From a virus (Duplodnaviria > Caudoviricetes), in the IMG/VR virus record IMGVR_UViG_3300027007_000012, positions 24,657-88,656 of that record: a stretch of 64,000 bases of DNA. One strand, given 5' to 3'. Below the pieces are notes generated by a model. It was not told the origin of the DNA, made no database searches, and saw nothing but the letters and a program-made list of their open reading frames with translations. Made by a program: the position numbers and the translations under genes. Of the stretch, positions 10,861 through 20,775 are shown one piece after another (positions within the stretch are counted from its first letter, which is position 1; every line of letters begins with the position of its first letter).

Positions 10861-11437
10861 TGAGCACCGTCGAGGTGCTGAACGACCACGGGACGGTCCA
10901 GTACCGCGAGCACGACCTCCAGGTCCGGCGCGTCGACGCGGCGTCGGCGGGCTACGACACCGGGTTCGAGAACGAGTTCGAGCTCCTGGTCGACGACGAG
11001 GTCGTCGCGACCGCGACCGAGATCGAGGCCGAGGGGTGGAAGAATCCGTGGGCCAAGTCACTGCGCCTGTATGGGAAGGCGTTCGTCGACGGGAGGCTGG
11101 ACGGATGAGCCGTTTCATCCAGGCCATGCGTGCAGAGTTCGGGCACGAGGATGCCCGGAGCAACGAGGACTACCGAGCGCCCGTCCGCAAGGTGTACTAC
11201 GAGGTCGACGGGACGCGACTCCGCGCCACGGTCGTCGGGGCCACCGACGAGGAGGCGCGACAGACGTTCGACGAGCTCGCGACCGCTGAGGGACTCGACA
11301 CCGCGGAGGTCACCGAGATCGTCCCGACCGACGCCCAGATCGCGGACCTGGACGACCGACTGTACAGTCACGTGCACCGCAAGGCGTCGCGCCGGGACCA
11401 CGGTGCGCTGAACGCCGCGTTCAACGGGGGCGAGTGA
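10860..11437 (+). CDS. Two hypothetical proteins (10860-11108, 11105-11437)
   Basis: Coupled acidic ORFs. Confidence 0.7.
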
Positions 11438-11904
11438 TGCGGGCGCGATCGCGGCGCTGGATGGTCGTCACGGACCCGGACACGGACTGCGAGTCGCCGG
11501 TGTTTCGCCGCATCCCGTCGAAGTTGGAGGCGCACAAGCTCGCACAGTTGACGGTGCGCGCCTACGACGATGGGACCAGCGCCGGCGTTGTGGAGGACCT
11601 CGGAAAATGACGGGGGACGTTCGCCGACGAGAGCACGTCTACGGGAGGGGGCGGCTCGTCGTCTACGAGGGGAACCCGAACACGTCGACAGCGTTCGTGG
11701 CCGGGAAGCCGGTCCCGAACGAACCCTGACAGTTTCTGTTTTTGCGCGCCGCCCGCGTCGTCGATTCACCCAGACCGCACTGGATGCCACCAGCAGCGGC
11801 TCTCGCCCCACATATGACAGATAATAGAAACATTTAATATCGTACCTGTCATAGTATAGTATAGGTTACTGAGGGAAACCTCGGTGCCCACCTGGAGTGA
11901 AAGA

Positions 11905-13569
11905 ATGACGACCAGCGACAGCAGTGGCAAGACGGAGTACAGCACGGGACAGATCGGCGTCGACGAGGAGCGTATCATCGACGAACTGATCTTCAGCCAG
12001 GCGGAGGGCATCGTCGACGGCATCCGCGAACTCGCCCAGAACGGGATCGATGCACCGAACTCGACGACAGTCGAGATCGATGTCGACCACGAGCAGACGA
12101 TCGTGATCGACGACGGCCAGGGGATGGACCTCAGCGACGAGGAGATTCGAGAGTTCCTGACGAACCTGGGACAGTCGACGAAGATAGACGACGAGGACAC
12201 GATCGGCCAGTTCGGCATCGGCTTCGGCCAGGCACTCGCCGTGGGCAAAGTGACTGTCCACAGCCAGGACTCGAAGGTCGAGTTCGACGCCAAGAACTGG
12301 TTCCGCGACTACCGCCTGTACGAGGCCGAGGAGACGTTCGATGGGACGAAAGTCACGATCGAGCACTACGAGGACGAGGTGCCGGCCGAGGGGTCGAGTG
12401 AGTGGTCGGACCACCTCGCGGACCTGCGCACCCGGTTCCAGTACATGGAGCTCGTGAAAGGCGTCGAGGTCTGGCTGAACGGCGAGCGCGTCTCGAACTA
12501 CGACCCGGCGGATGACCTGGAGAACGCCACGGTCTACGACTCGGAGCTGGCGTACATGGTCCTGAAGCACGAGAGTTACGACTGGCTCGAAGTGTACTCG
12601 GCGGGGCTGAAGGTCACGGACGTCAAGGGACACGGCCTTCGCGGGTACGTGATCACCAAGCGCAACCTGGAACTGAACACCGCCCGGAACAGTATTCGCT
12701 CCGGGTGCGAGGTGTGGCCGGAGGTCGAGAAGGAGATCGCCGATGCACGTGCCGAGATCCTCGCGGACGTCTCGGATTCGAACCTGTCGAACCCAGGCCG
12801 GGCCGCGATCATCCGCCTCGTGCGTGAGGGCCACGACGAGTTCAAGGACCGAGAGGTGCTGAAGATGGCCAACGGCGAGATGACGACGTTCGAACAGGTC
12901 GAGAAGCGGGATAGCATCATGTTCGCCGGCCAGACGGACAAGGCGGCGGGGAAGCTGGCCGACCTGGGCAAGATGGTTCTGATGCAGGGCGACAGCGCCG
13001 TCTCGCAACTCCGTGAGGGGGCGAAGCGGGGACAGCTGACGCTCCCGGAGACGAAGAACATCCAGGCGACGGCGGCCGCGCTCGGCATCAAGAACGGCTA
13101 CGAGATCCTCGAGTTGGACGAGTTCCCGAGCAAGCCCCTGGCACTCGCCCGCATCCTGCGGATCAAGATGGCGGCGTACAGCCCGTACGACCTGGACCGG
13201 GAGATCATCCCGGGAGAGGACAAGACGGCGCGGGCGTGGACGAAGCCCCGCCCGGACACGCTGAACGGCGACGAGCGCGCGGCCATCGCCGACTCAGAGT
13301 TCGACTCGTTCGTCGCGATCACCGAGACCGCCTACACGTCGTGGGCGAGTGAGATACTCGTCCTGGAGCTCTGGCGCATCATCGCGCACGAGTTCGCCCA
13401 CACGGAAGACTCGACGGGAGAGCCGTCCCACGGGTCTGGCTTCGCTCGCCGCTTCCGCAAGATCCTGGACGCGACCCAGCCAGCGGCCGTGGAACTGCTC
13501 GAGGAGATTCGGTCTGACGGCCTCGGGGCAACGTTCGAGCGATACGACCACGGGGTCCCGGACGTCTAA
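11905..13569 (+). CDS. GHKL (HSP90/MutL-like) ATPase with a C-terminal HExxH motif
   Basis: RELAQNGIDA, DDGQGM and IGQFGIGF Bergerat motifs; HEFAH near the C-terminus. Confidence 0.85.
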   Translation: MTTSDSSGKTEYSTGQIGVDEERIIDELIFSQAEGIVDGIRELAQNGIDAPNSTTVEIDVDHEQTIVIDDGQGMDLSDEEIREFLTNLGQSTKIDDEDTIGQFGIGFGQALAVGKVTVHSQDSKVEFDAKNWFRDYRLYEAEETFDGTKVTIEHYEDEVPAEGSSEWSDHLADLRTRFQYMELVKGVEVWLNGERVSNYDPADDLENATVYDSELAYMVLKHESYDWLEVYSAGLKVTDVKGHGLRGYVITKRNLELNTARNSIRSGCEVWPEVEKEIADARAEILADVSDSNLSNPGRAAIIRLVREGHDEFKDREVLKMANGEMTTFEQVEKRDSIMFAGQTDKAAGKLADLGKMVLMQGDSAVSQLREGAKRGQLTLPETKNIQATAAALGIKNGYEILELDEFPSKPLALARILRIKMAAYSPYDLDREIIPGEDKTARAWTKPRPDTLNGDERAAIADSEFDSFVAITETAYTSWASEILVLELWRIIAHEFAHTEDSTGEPSHGSGFARRFRKILDATQPAAVELLEEIRSDGLGATFERYDHGVPDV

Positions 13570-13594
13570 GCGGCCGGTCGCGGCAACCCGGAAC

Positions 13595-13641
13595 GGCGTC
13601 GGTTTTGGCGTGATGCTGCGGATCGAATCCGCTCGACGTCC
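13595..13641 (+). ncRNA. Mini-tRNA-like element 2
   Basis: GGCGTCGG (13595-13602) pairs with TCGACGTC (13633-13640); T-arm GCGG-ATCGAAT-CCGC. Confidence 0.55.
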
Positions 13642-13842
13642 TGGCGGCCTCCGCTACTGTCAAGTGGAGTGACCGCCTACTCCCGCCTGGATGGGTCGGT
13701 TCCGTCTGTGGTAGGCGGCTCGGCCCGTCCCACTCCAGGTGGCCACGGCGTTCGCGATCGGGCTGGCTCCCTCGGGAGTTAAGTGGTCGCGGCCGCGGGC
13801 ACCGAGCCCGTGTCACCTTTCGTACTGCTTCCCTGATACCCC

Positions 13843-13878
13843 GTATGTACGTACGTACGCGCCCATACGTACAGACGC
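13843..13878. repeat. RY-alternating element with TACGCGCC core
   Basis: gtatgtacgtacg-tacgcgcc-catacgtacagac; same core as 31014, 40525 and 63003. Confidence 0.85.
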
Positions 13879-13982
13879 GCATTCTCACCTTCCTTACCTG
13901 TCAGAGTTCAGTAACACTTATTATCGTACCCTGAGTAGGTCTATATGGACTTCGAGAAACCCGAAGGCCAGCTGGAGTGAAC

Positions 13983-15614
13983 ATGACAGATACAGCACGC
14001 CTTGTTGTCAACGGTTATGTAGAGCCACAAGAACGATCGGTCCGGATCGTGTCGATCCTGGGGAGTCTGGCGAACGTGCCGGACGGCCACCGCTTCGAGT
14101 ACCGCGGGATGGAGCTCGAAAAGCGCGTCACCACTGCACGAGCGCGGCGCGAACCCGAGCTCGCCGTGTACGACCCCGATGGCGAGTTCGTCGACCAGTT
14201 CCAGCCTCTGGAGCTCTCGTCGTACGGGATCGTGGAGATGCTCGATACCATGCGCGCCCACTGGGTCGAGACGAAGCGAGCGACCTCTCTGTGATCGAGG
14301 TCGTGATCGCGGTCGCGGTCATGGTCGCTGGCCTGGCATTGTTCTACGCCATGGTCGCGTACTTCGACTTGTGACCGAAAACTGGTATTTACCGGGTGGG
14401 CCCTACCGTGACATGGAGTACCAGAGATGCCCCGATTGATCGAGCGCATGGGTTGCGTTGCCGACCGACTGAGTGACGAGTGGGAACTCGACGACATCGT
14501 AATCGAGCAGTCGGCGACAGCCACGGCGCTCTATCGCCACGAGTCCGGGGCGATCGTCATGTGGTCGGCCGACCCGGGGCATCGCGTTCAGCTGTGGGAG
14601 CCAGACGGCGCGATGGAGACCTGGTTGGACGACGACGTGGTCGACCTGGATTGCGCGGCCGAGACGGTCCAGACGTGCATCGAGATGGTCGAATACGAGA
14701 CCAGCACATCGATGCCACCAGCAACGTCGGCGCCACGTCCGTAACCGTTTTTCCGCGCCGCCCGCGCCGGTCCTGTCACATCGATTGACCACCTGTACCA
14801 TGCTACGTTTCTCGATTACCAGCAAACCCCTCAGATATACATACATTAATATCTGTACCACGCATAGGTACATATAGGTCAAAAAACTGGCCTATCCGAA
14901 CGGAGACTGAGAAAGATGAGATACAGAGTCTACGGCACACGCAGTGGCACCGATTTCCAGGCACCCGTCTACGCGCGGACCGCGTCTGACGCGATCGACC
15001 TGTTCCTCGACTCCGTGGGCGACCACGCGGCCGAGTACGACAACGTCCGAGCCGAGGTCTGGGGTTGACGATGGAGAAGCTGTCGAATGTGGTCCGCATC
15101 GAAGACCACGAAGTGGTCGTCAACCGACTGTACCTGGCCACGCTGGTCGACGACGTCCAGTACCGACTGAGCGCCCTGGGAGACGAAGACGTCGGTGACT
15201 ACGAGGGAGAGTTGCACGAGGCGCTGTTCCACGCCCAGGAGGCGCTCGATGACTGACGACGACGACCGACTCCCGCCGGACGCGGTCCCGGACCCGTCGG
15301 TTTGGATGCCCCCGGACGTGGTGGTCAGCAAGGAGACCGCCGAGGTCGCGCTGCGCGAGCTCGACATCCTGATTGAGCACACGGGCGGCCCGGACACGGC
15401 GGTCGAGGACTGCTGCTCGCCGCTGGCGCTCGCGTACGACCGGGTCGAGAGACTGGAGGGCGAGGGGATCGACCCGTTCACCGTGGGGACGGTCCTGCAA
15501 GTGTTGGTCGGTGTCGGTGAGGAACGAGGCGTCGACCTGTCGGGGGAGGACCCGTTACAGGACGACGTGTTCCAGGCGAGGAGCGAGTTCAGGGACGCAC
15601 TCGGCGTCGAGTAG
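13983..15614 (+). CDS. Small hypothetical ORFs of cassettes 4-5 (13983-14294, 14427-14744, 14916-15068, 15071-15256, 15249-15614)
   Basis: Acidic coupled ORFs downstream of the conserved promoters. Confidence 0.7.
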
Positions 15615-15631
15615 TCGCCCCTCGCGGTTTT

Positions 15632-15680
15632 GCATCGCTGCTGGTGGCATTCCGAGCTCGGTTCGATTCCGAGGCGATGT
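15632..15680 (+). ncRNA. Mini-tRNA-like element 3 (contains a near-copy of the dispersed motif)
   Basis: CATCGC (15633-15638) pairs with GCGATG (15674-15679); T-arm CTCGG-TTCGATT-CCGAG. Confidence 0.7.
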
Positions 15681-16026
15681 GTGGCTCCCTGGCCGGAGAC
15701 GATACGTTGATAGGCTGGTGGAGCCTATGTCTGCACGACATCCCATAGTGGATGTCGTTCCGTTCGGGTGGGATAGCACGCGTCGGGCTGTCTCGGCAAG
15801 GGCAACCACGCAAGTCGAGATCAGAGGCTCGTGCATACCCGTTGTCCGGGGCTTTGTCCCCGGACGCCCTTTGTGACCCTGAGCGCCAGCTCTCAGTTTT
15901 CGCGTATCCTGTCAGTATCCTGCGGGGCCGGTCGCGCTAACCCGGTACCCATGCTACGGTCCACAACTATCAACAATATTAGTTGTCATAAATATTATTA
16001 TATCCCTACCCTGAGTAGTATAGAAT

Positions 16027-17363
16027 ATGGGAAAATCAAAATCCCACTCGAGCGGTGAGCGCGTGAACAAGCGGCGGTACCGCGGGAGCGAGCAGACCGA
16101 GAGCTTCGACCTGCAAGCAGAGCTCGCCAAACTCGGCGGCGACGAGGAGGACGAGGACGATGAGTGAGCGAGCGTACCGAGAGCCGGCCAAGTTCTCGGC
16201 CGACGAGCTGTCAATCGGCGATGAGATCGTGGTCGCCGGCCTCGTCCACGAGGTCCTGTCCGTGGGCGAGCCCGGGAAGCAGTGCCTGGTCCGCACGGAC
16301 CGAGGGGCGTTCTCGAAGGACGGTCTGAGCAGTGGCATCGACGACGGCTCCGTGGAGGTCCTTGGGGGAGGCGACGATGGGCGCTGACTTCGGTCCTGTC
16401 AACGTGCGCTGGGAGGGGCCGAACGGGGACGTCCGCAACCGGGAGTTCGCACAGCACGGTCTGTCGACCGGGTGGATCGTCGGCTACGATGAGGACGACA
16501 ATGCCGAGCGGAAGATACCGCGGAACCGGGTCTACGAAGTGGAGGTGCTCTGAGATGAGCGAGAGGGTCGACGAGATCAAGCGCCGGATCACGGGTGTGG
16601 ACCTCGTCGAGATCTGGGTGAGTGAGGGCGACCGACTGTTACTCGGCATCCAGCCCTACGCCGACGCCGACGGGGAGGCTGTCGCGCACTACCTGGAGCG
16701 ACTGTTCGACGCACGCATCGAGCGGGTCACGTACGACTTCGTCCTCGCCGAGGTGGCCCGATGAACTTCGACGAGATGAGTCCGGCCGAGATCGACGACC
16801 TGTTCCAGGTCGAACCGCAGCACGACCCCGAGTTCCAGATGGAGCGAATGCGCGAGCAACTGGAGTACGCTGGCTGGGACGCGATCGAGGGGCTCGTCGA
16901 CCCCGGGGACGAGTACGTCGTCGAGGAGTCGCACCTGCTGACGCCCGACCCGCTCGACTACACCGACTTCGAGTGGACGCTCGTCTACCGCGAGAAGCAC
17001 GTCTTCGACGTCATCGACCCGTTCGACAGCACGCGAGGGGTGATCCCCGCCAGTCGGGATGGCGAGGACATGATGCAAGCGTTCGGGGAGTTCGCCGAGG
17101 CGTTCCACCTCGAGTGCGAGATCGACAAGTTCCACGATGAGCTCGGAGAGATGGAGCCCGGGGAAGTCGTCCTGCTCCCGAGCGGCAAGCTCCGCATGGA
17201 CACGAGCGACCGGATCGTCGTCTACAACCCGATGTACGAGCCGGTCGTGACGACCGACCCGGAGAACGTCACGGTCGAACTGGTCGAGAGTATCATCGAC
17301 GACTGGCGGGCTGAGATGCGCGAGAAGTACGAGGGGACGCCGATGGAAGACCAGTTCGACTGA
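16027..17363 (+). CDS. Cassette 6 ORFs (16027-16167, 16160-16387, 16377-16553, 16555-16764, 16761-17363), hypothetical
   Basis: Leaderless MGKSKSH start; coupled acidic ORFs. Confidence 0.7.
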
Positions 17364-17431
17364 CCGCGCCCGTTTTCGCGCACCGCCCGCGGCGAATGAG
17401 TTATCGACATCGAGATAGTATCGAGTAGCAG

Positions 17432-17938
17432 ATGGGATCGCGACCGTGGGAGAACCCCGTCACACTCGCCCGGGCCTACGCCAAGCATGGCTCGGCCGAA
17501 GGCGTCGCCGACGCGTGGGGGTGTTCCGAACGCACGATCAGGACCTGGCTGCACGAGCACGACGAGATCCGCGTCCAGCGCCAGGGTCGCCGGCCCTCGT
17601 GGGAAGACGACGACCCGGCGAATCACGTCCTGGAGGACGACGAGGGCTACGAGATCGTCGAATCGTTCGTCCCGGTCCGCGATGAGTCAGGCGAGCTCGT
17701 CACGATCGAGCGCAAGACCGTTCGTATCCACCGTCTCGTCTGCGTGGCCGAGTGGGGCTTCGACCAGGTGGTCGACCAGGAGGTGCACCACATGGACGGG
17801 CACAAGGTGCACAACACGCGGGAGAACCTGATCCCGTTAGACCCGAAGACGCACGGGTTTATGGACCCGGCGCGGCGCTGGCGGATGCCCTGGGTCGGCG
17901 ATTACGAACTGGGCGATCCTGGCCCTGCTGGCGACTGA
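17432..17938 (+). CDS. HNH endonuclease with N-terminal HTH
   Basis: RIHRLV...VHHMDGHKVHNTRENL HNH motif; N-terminal AEGVADAWGCSERTIRTWL helix-turn-helix. Confidence 0.85.
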   Translation: MGSRPWENPVTLARAYAKHGSAEGVADAWGCSERTIRTWLHEHDEIRVQRQGRRPSWEDDDPANHVLEDDEGYEIVESFVPVRDESGELVTIERKTVRIHRLVCVAEWGFDQVVDQEVHHMDGHKVHNTRENLIPLDPKTHGFMDPARRWRMPWVGDYELGDPGPAGD

Positions 17939-17960
17939 CCCGTGGGCTTTTGCTTTCGAC

Positions 17961-18055
17961 GTATCCCCGCTCGCTTTCTGTCGGCGGGTATCCCTGCTCG
18001 TTTTCGGCGGTTGCGTATCCCTGCTCGCTTTCTGACACCGCGTATCCCTGCGGGC
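17961..18055. repeat. Tandem 27-bp repeat, four copies
   Basis: GTATCCC(C/T)GC at 17961, 17988, 18015 and 18042 (exact 27-bp period). Confidence 0.9.
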
Positions 18056-18189
18056 CCCGGCACCGCTTCCCGGTGACCAGACCATGCGATGCTCGGAAAC
18101 TCACAGCAGTCCAAGCCGCTTCGCGAGTCTCTAATACCCTACCCTGAGTAGCATAGAATGAGGAACAAAAATTCCTCACCCGAACGACC

Positions 18190-18429
18190 ATGAACGCAAT
18201 GGAAGACGTAGAAGGACTCCGTTACACCTTCTGCAACGTGTGGCTGGAATCGAACTCTCAAATCTCGCACATAATGGTGAACAAAGGTGGTGAAGATGTG
18301 TGGGAGGAGACGCCAGAGACAATACTCGTCAACAATTCGATATTCGAAGGCGAGTGCTACTTCCGAGATGTGATGAAGGTGGTGCTCGAACCACGAGAAG
18401 ACGAGATCAACGTCAAGATCAACCCCTGA
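18190..18429 (+). CDS. Hypothetical protein (cassette 7)
   Basis: 79 aa, preceded by an 11-codon leader ORF that overlaps its start. Confidence 0.65.
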   Translation: MNAMEDVEGLRYTFCNVWLESNSQISHIMVNKGGEDVWEETPETILVNNSIFEGECYFRDVMKVVLEPREDEINVKINP

Positions 18430-19361
18430 CGGCAACGAGATGGGGCTCCCCATGTGAGCTCCCGTTTTTGCGCGACGCCCGCCGCCCACGACTATCCCAG
18501 ACCATGCGATGATCTTCGATTCCCAGCAGTTCCAGCCGTCTTACGCGTCTTTATATCACTACCCTGAGTAGTACAGAATGGGAACAAAAATCCCAACCCG
18601 AACGATGAGCTACGCAACCCACGTTCAGATTCAGAAGCTGAAGCGAGCGAGAAACGAGAGTCGCTGGCCCTCGGACGAGAGAGAAGACGACGAGTAGAGC
18701 CGACGCCGACTCTTTCCATTTTCGAGCGCCGCCCGGCGTGACCCACCGGCGTTCCCGATGTGAACGTTTCCAGACAATATCAGCCGCTAAACGTGTCTTT
18801 AATACCCTACCAGTGGTAGTATAAGATATGGGACAAAAAATCCCAACCCAGCGGAACTGAGTGTAGAGAGTGTGCGAATAGAGGGAGAGAGTGGAGAAAA
18901 GACACTACGAGTGCACAGTGTGCGTATAATAGAGGGAGAGCTCATCGTGAGAGCCTACGAAGATTTCCCACTTCACTCTGACATCTGAGTGAGTGGGAGA
19001 GCGGTCCACCGTTTTTGCGTGCGGCCCGTCGGCCTCGAACCCTGATTTCCGGTCCACGAGATGATTTTGCTTCCTTGCAGCACCTGAGAGGCGAATACAA
19101 CCCGTCTCAGCGAGGATCTCGAGCGCCTCACGGCGACACGTTTTCTGAGCTACAACCCCCTCCCTGTGGACGGTGCAAACGACTGTAATCGACTGTCAGC
19201 AGCGAGCTCACACGTGCATATTCGAGTGCCTCAGTGTATGTAGAATAACGTATACGACGAACCCCTGTTTCTGCTCCACGCGGGCCCGCTCGCAGCATCC
19301 CGGCACCGTCTCTCTTGCCGCTTCGCTGATATTTATTACCCTACCCTGAGTAGCTATAGAT

Positions 19362-19739
19362 ATGGGACAAAAAAATCCCAACCCGAACGACGAGAGCGAC
19401 GAAATCCTCCCGGCCCTCGACCACCGAGGACTGACGGGACACGGCAAGAAACGACTCGACGAGAGCGAGCTCGTCACCCCGTACCTCGTGCAGACGCTCC
19501 AGGACGCTGACCCGACCATCCTCCGAGCCATCTGTCAGGTGGCCGATGCAGCAGCGTCGGCACGGTACGCACCGATCCAGAACCAGCTGGCCAAGGACGA
19601 GAGTGCCAGCCGAGAGATTCAGCAGGAATACTGGAACCAGCTGGACGACGTGAAGGGGCTCTCGCTCCTCTGCACGGAACTCCTGCGAGACCAGAGAGAC
19701 GGCGTCCCAACCGAGGAGGACCCCCGACTCGGCTTCTGA
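19362..19739 (+). CDS. Hypothetical protein (cassette 10)
   Basis: Leaderless MGQKNPNP start encoded by the conserved hairpin. Confidence 0.75.
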   Translation: MGQKNPNPNDESDEILPALDHRGLTGHGKKRLDESELVTPYLVQTLQDADPTILRAICQVADAAASARYAPIQNQLAKDESASREIQQEYWNQLDDVKGLSLLCTELLRDQRDGVPTEEDPRLGF

Positions 19740-20091
19740 ACACGGGAACCGACCCAGGGCTACCGATTTCGCGCCACGCCCGTCGTGAAAACCACCGCAC
19801 CGATGCCACCAGCAGCGCCGGCCCCGGCGTGAATCGTGCACATCGCGACCAGTGTGCCTCGACGAGCGGCGACCAGGTTTCGCGAGTGGAACCCCTACCC
19901 CGTAGACGCCGCCAACGAACCTCCGAGAGCTGGGCCAGATCGCCGTCGTGAAGGGCCGTCGTATCAGGTGTGAATACTTGCGGGCCCCGGCACTGAATCC
20001 AGGGACACAGCGGCTATGCGATGCTCTGGAACTACCAGAGTTATCAGCCGTTTTACATACCTTAAATACCTCACCCTGAGTAGCTAAGAAT

Positions 20092-20370
20092 ATGGGAAAA
20101 CAAAATCCCATCCGAACCGGCGAGCAGTGCGGCAAACACGACGTCGTGGCCTTCGTGGCCCTCGCTGCGGACCCCTCGTGGGTCGATGCACCGACGAACC
20201 CGGTCACGCCGGGTAACGGCACCGAGGACTGGGCCGCCGACATCGAGGGCGCCGACGGGGGCGTGATCATGAGCGACTGGTCTTCGCTGGCGGGTGCGGG
20301 CGCGATCGACCCCCTGTCGGGACGAGAGCTGAGCGATGAGGAGCTGCGAGAGAGGCTGGGGGTCGAGTGA
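20092..20370 (+). CDS. Hypothetical protein (cassette 11)
   Basis: Leaderless MGKQNP start. Confidence 0.7.
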   Translation: MGKQNPIRTGEQCGKHDVVAFVALAADPSWVDAPTNPVTPGNGTEDWAADIEGADGGVIMSDWSSLAGAGAIDPLSGRELSDEELRERLGVE

Positions 20371-20562
20371 GATGCTGAGCCCCAACGGCGATACGGCGCG
20401 GATCGATGCGCACGAGTGCGAGCTCGAGCCGACCGGCCGCGGAGAGGGGATGCACGAGGAGTTCGAGTGCCGAGTCTGTGGGACGGTCACGACGCCCGCT
20501 GTGGGCGTCCGGCGAGCGAAGCGGCAACGGCTCTGGTGAGGGCCAGCCCCTCGTTTTCGAGT

Positions 20563-20598
20563 GCGTGTACGTACGTACGAGCGGGTACGCACAGACGG
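20563..20598. repeat. Degenerate RY-alternating element
   Basis: gcgtgtacgtacg-tacgagcg-ggtacgcacagac. Confidence 0.6.
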
Positions 20599-20775
20599 GT
20601 GGTGGGACCATAGCTTCCGCTTCTGCGCGCCGCCCGCGACGGCCACCGTCCCCGACAGCCAACGTAGCATCTATGCGCGCTACTCGACAGAGAAACTTAA
20701 ATTCGGGCTCCTCTGGGCTTCTACGCAAGTTTTACAACCGAAGTCTTTATATCTGATACCTGAGAAGTCTTAGAT

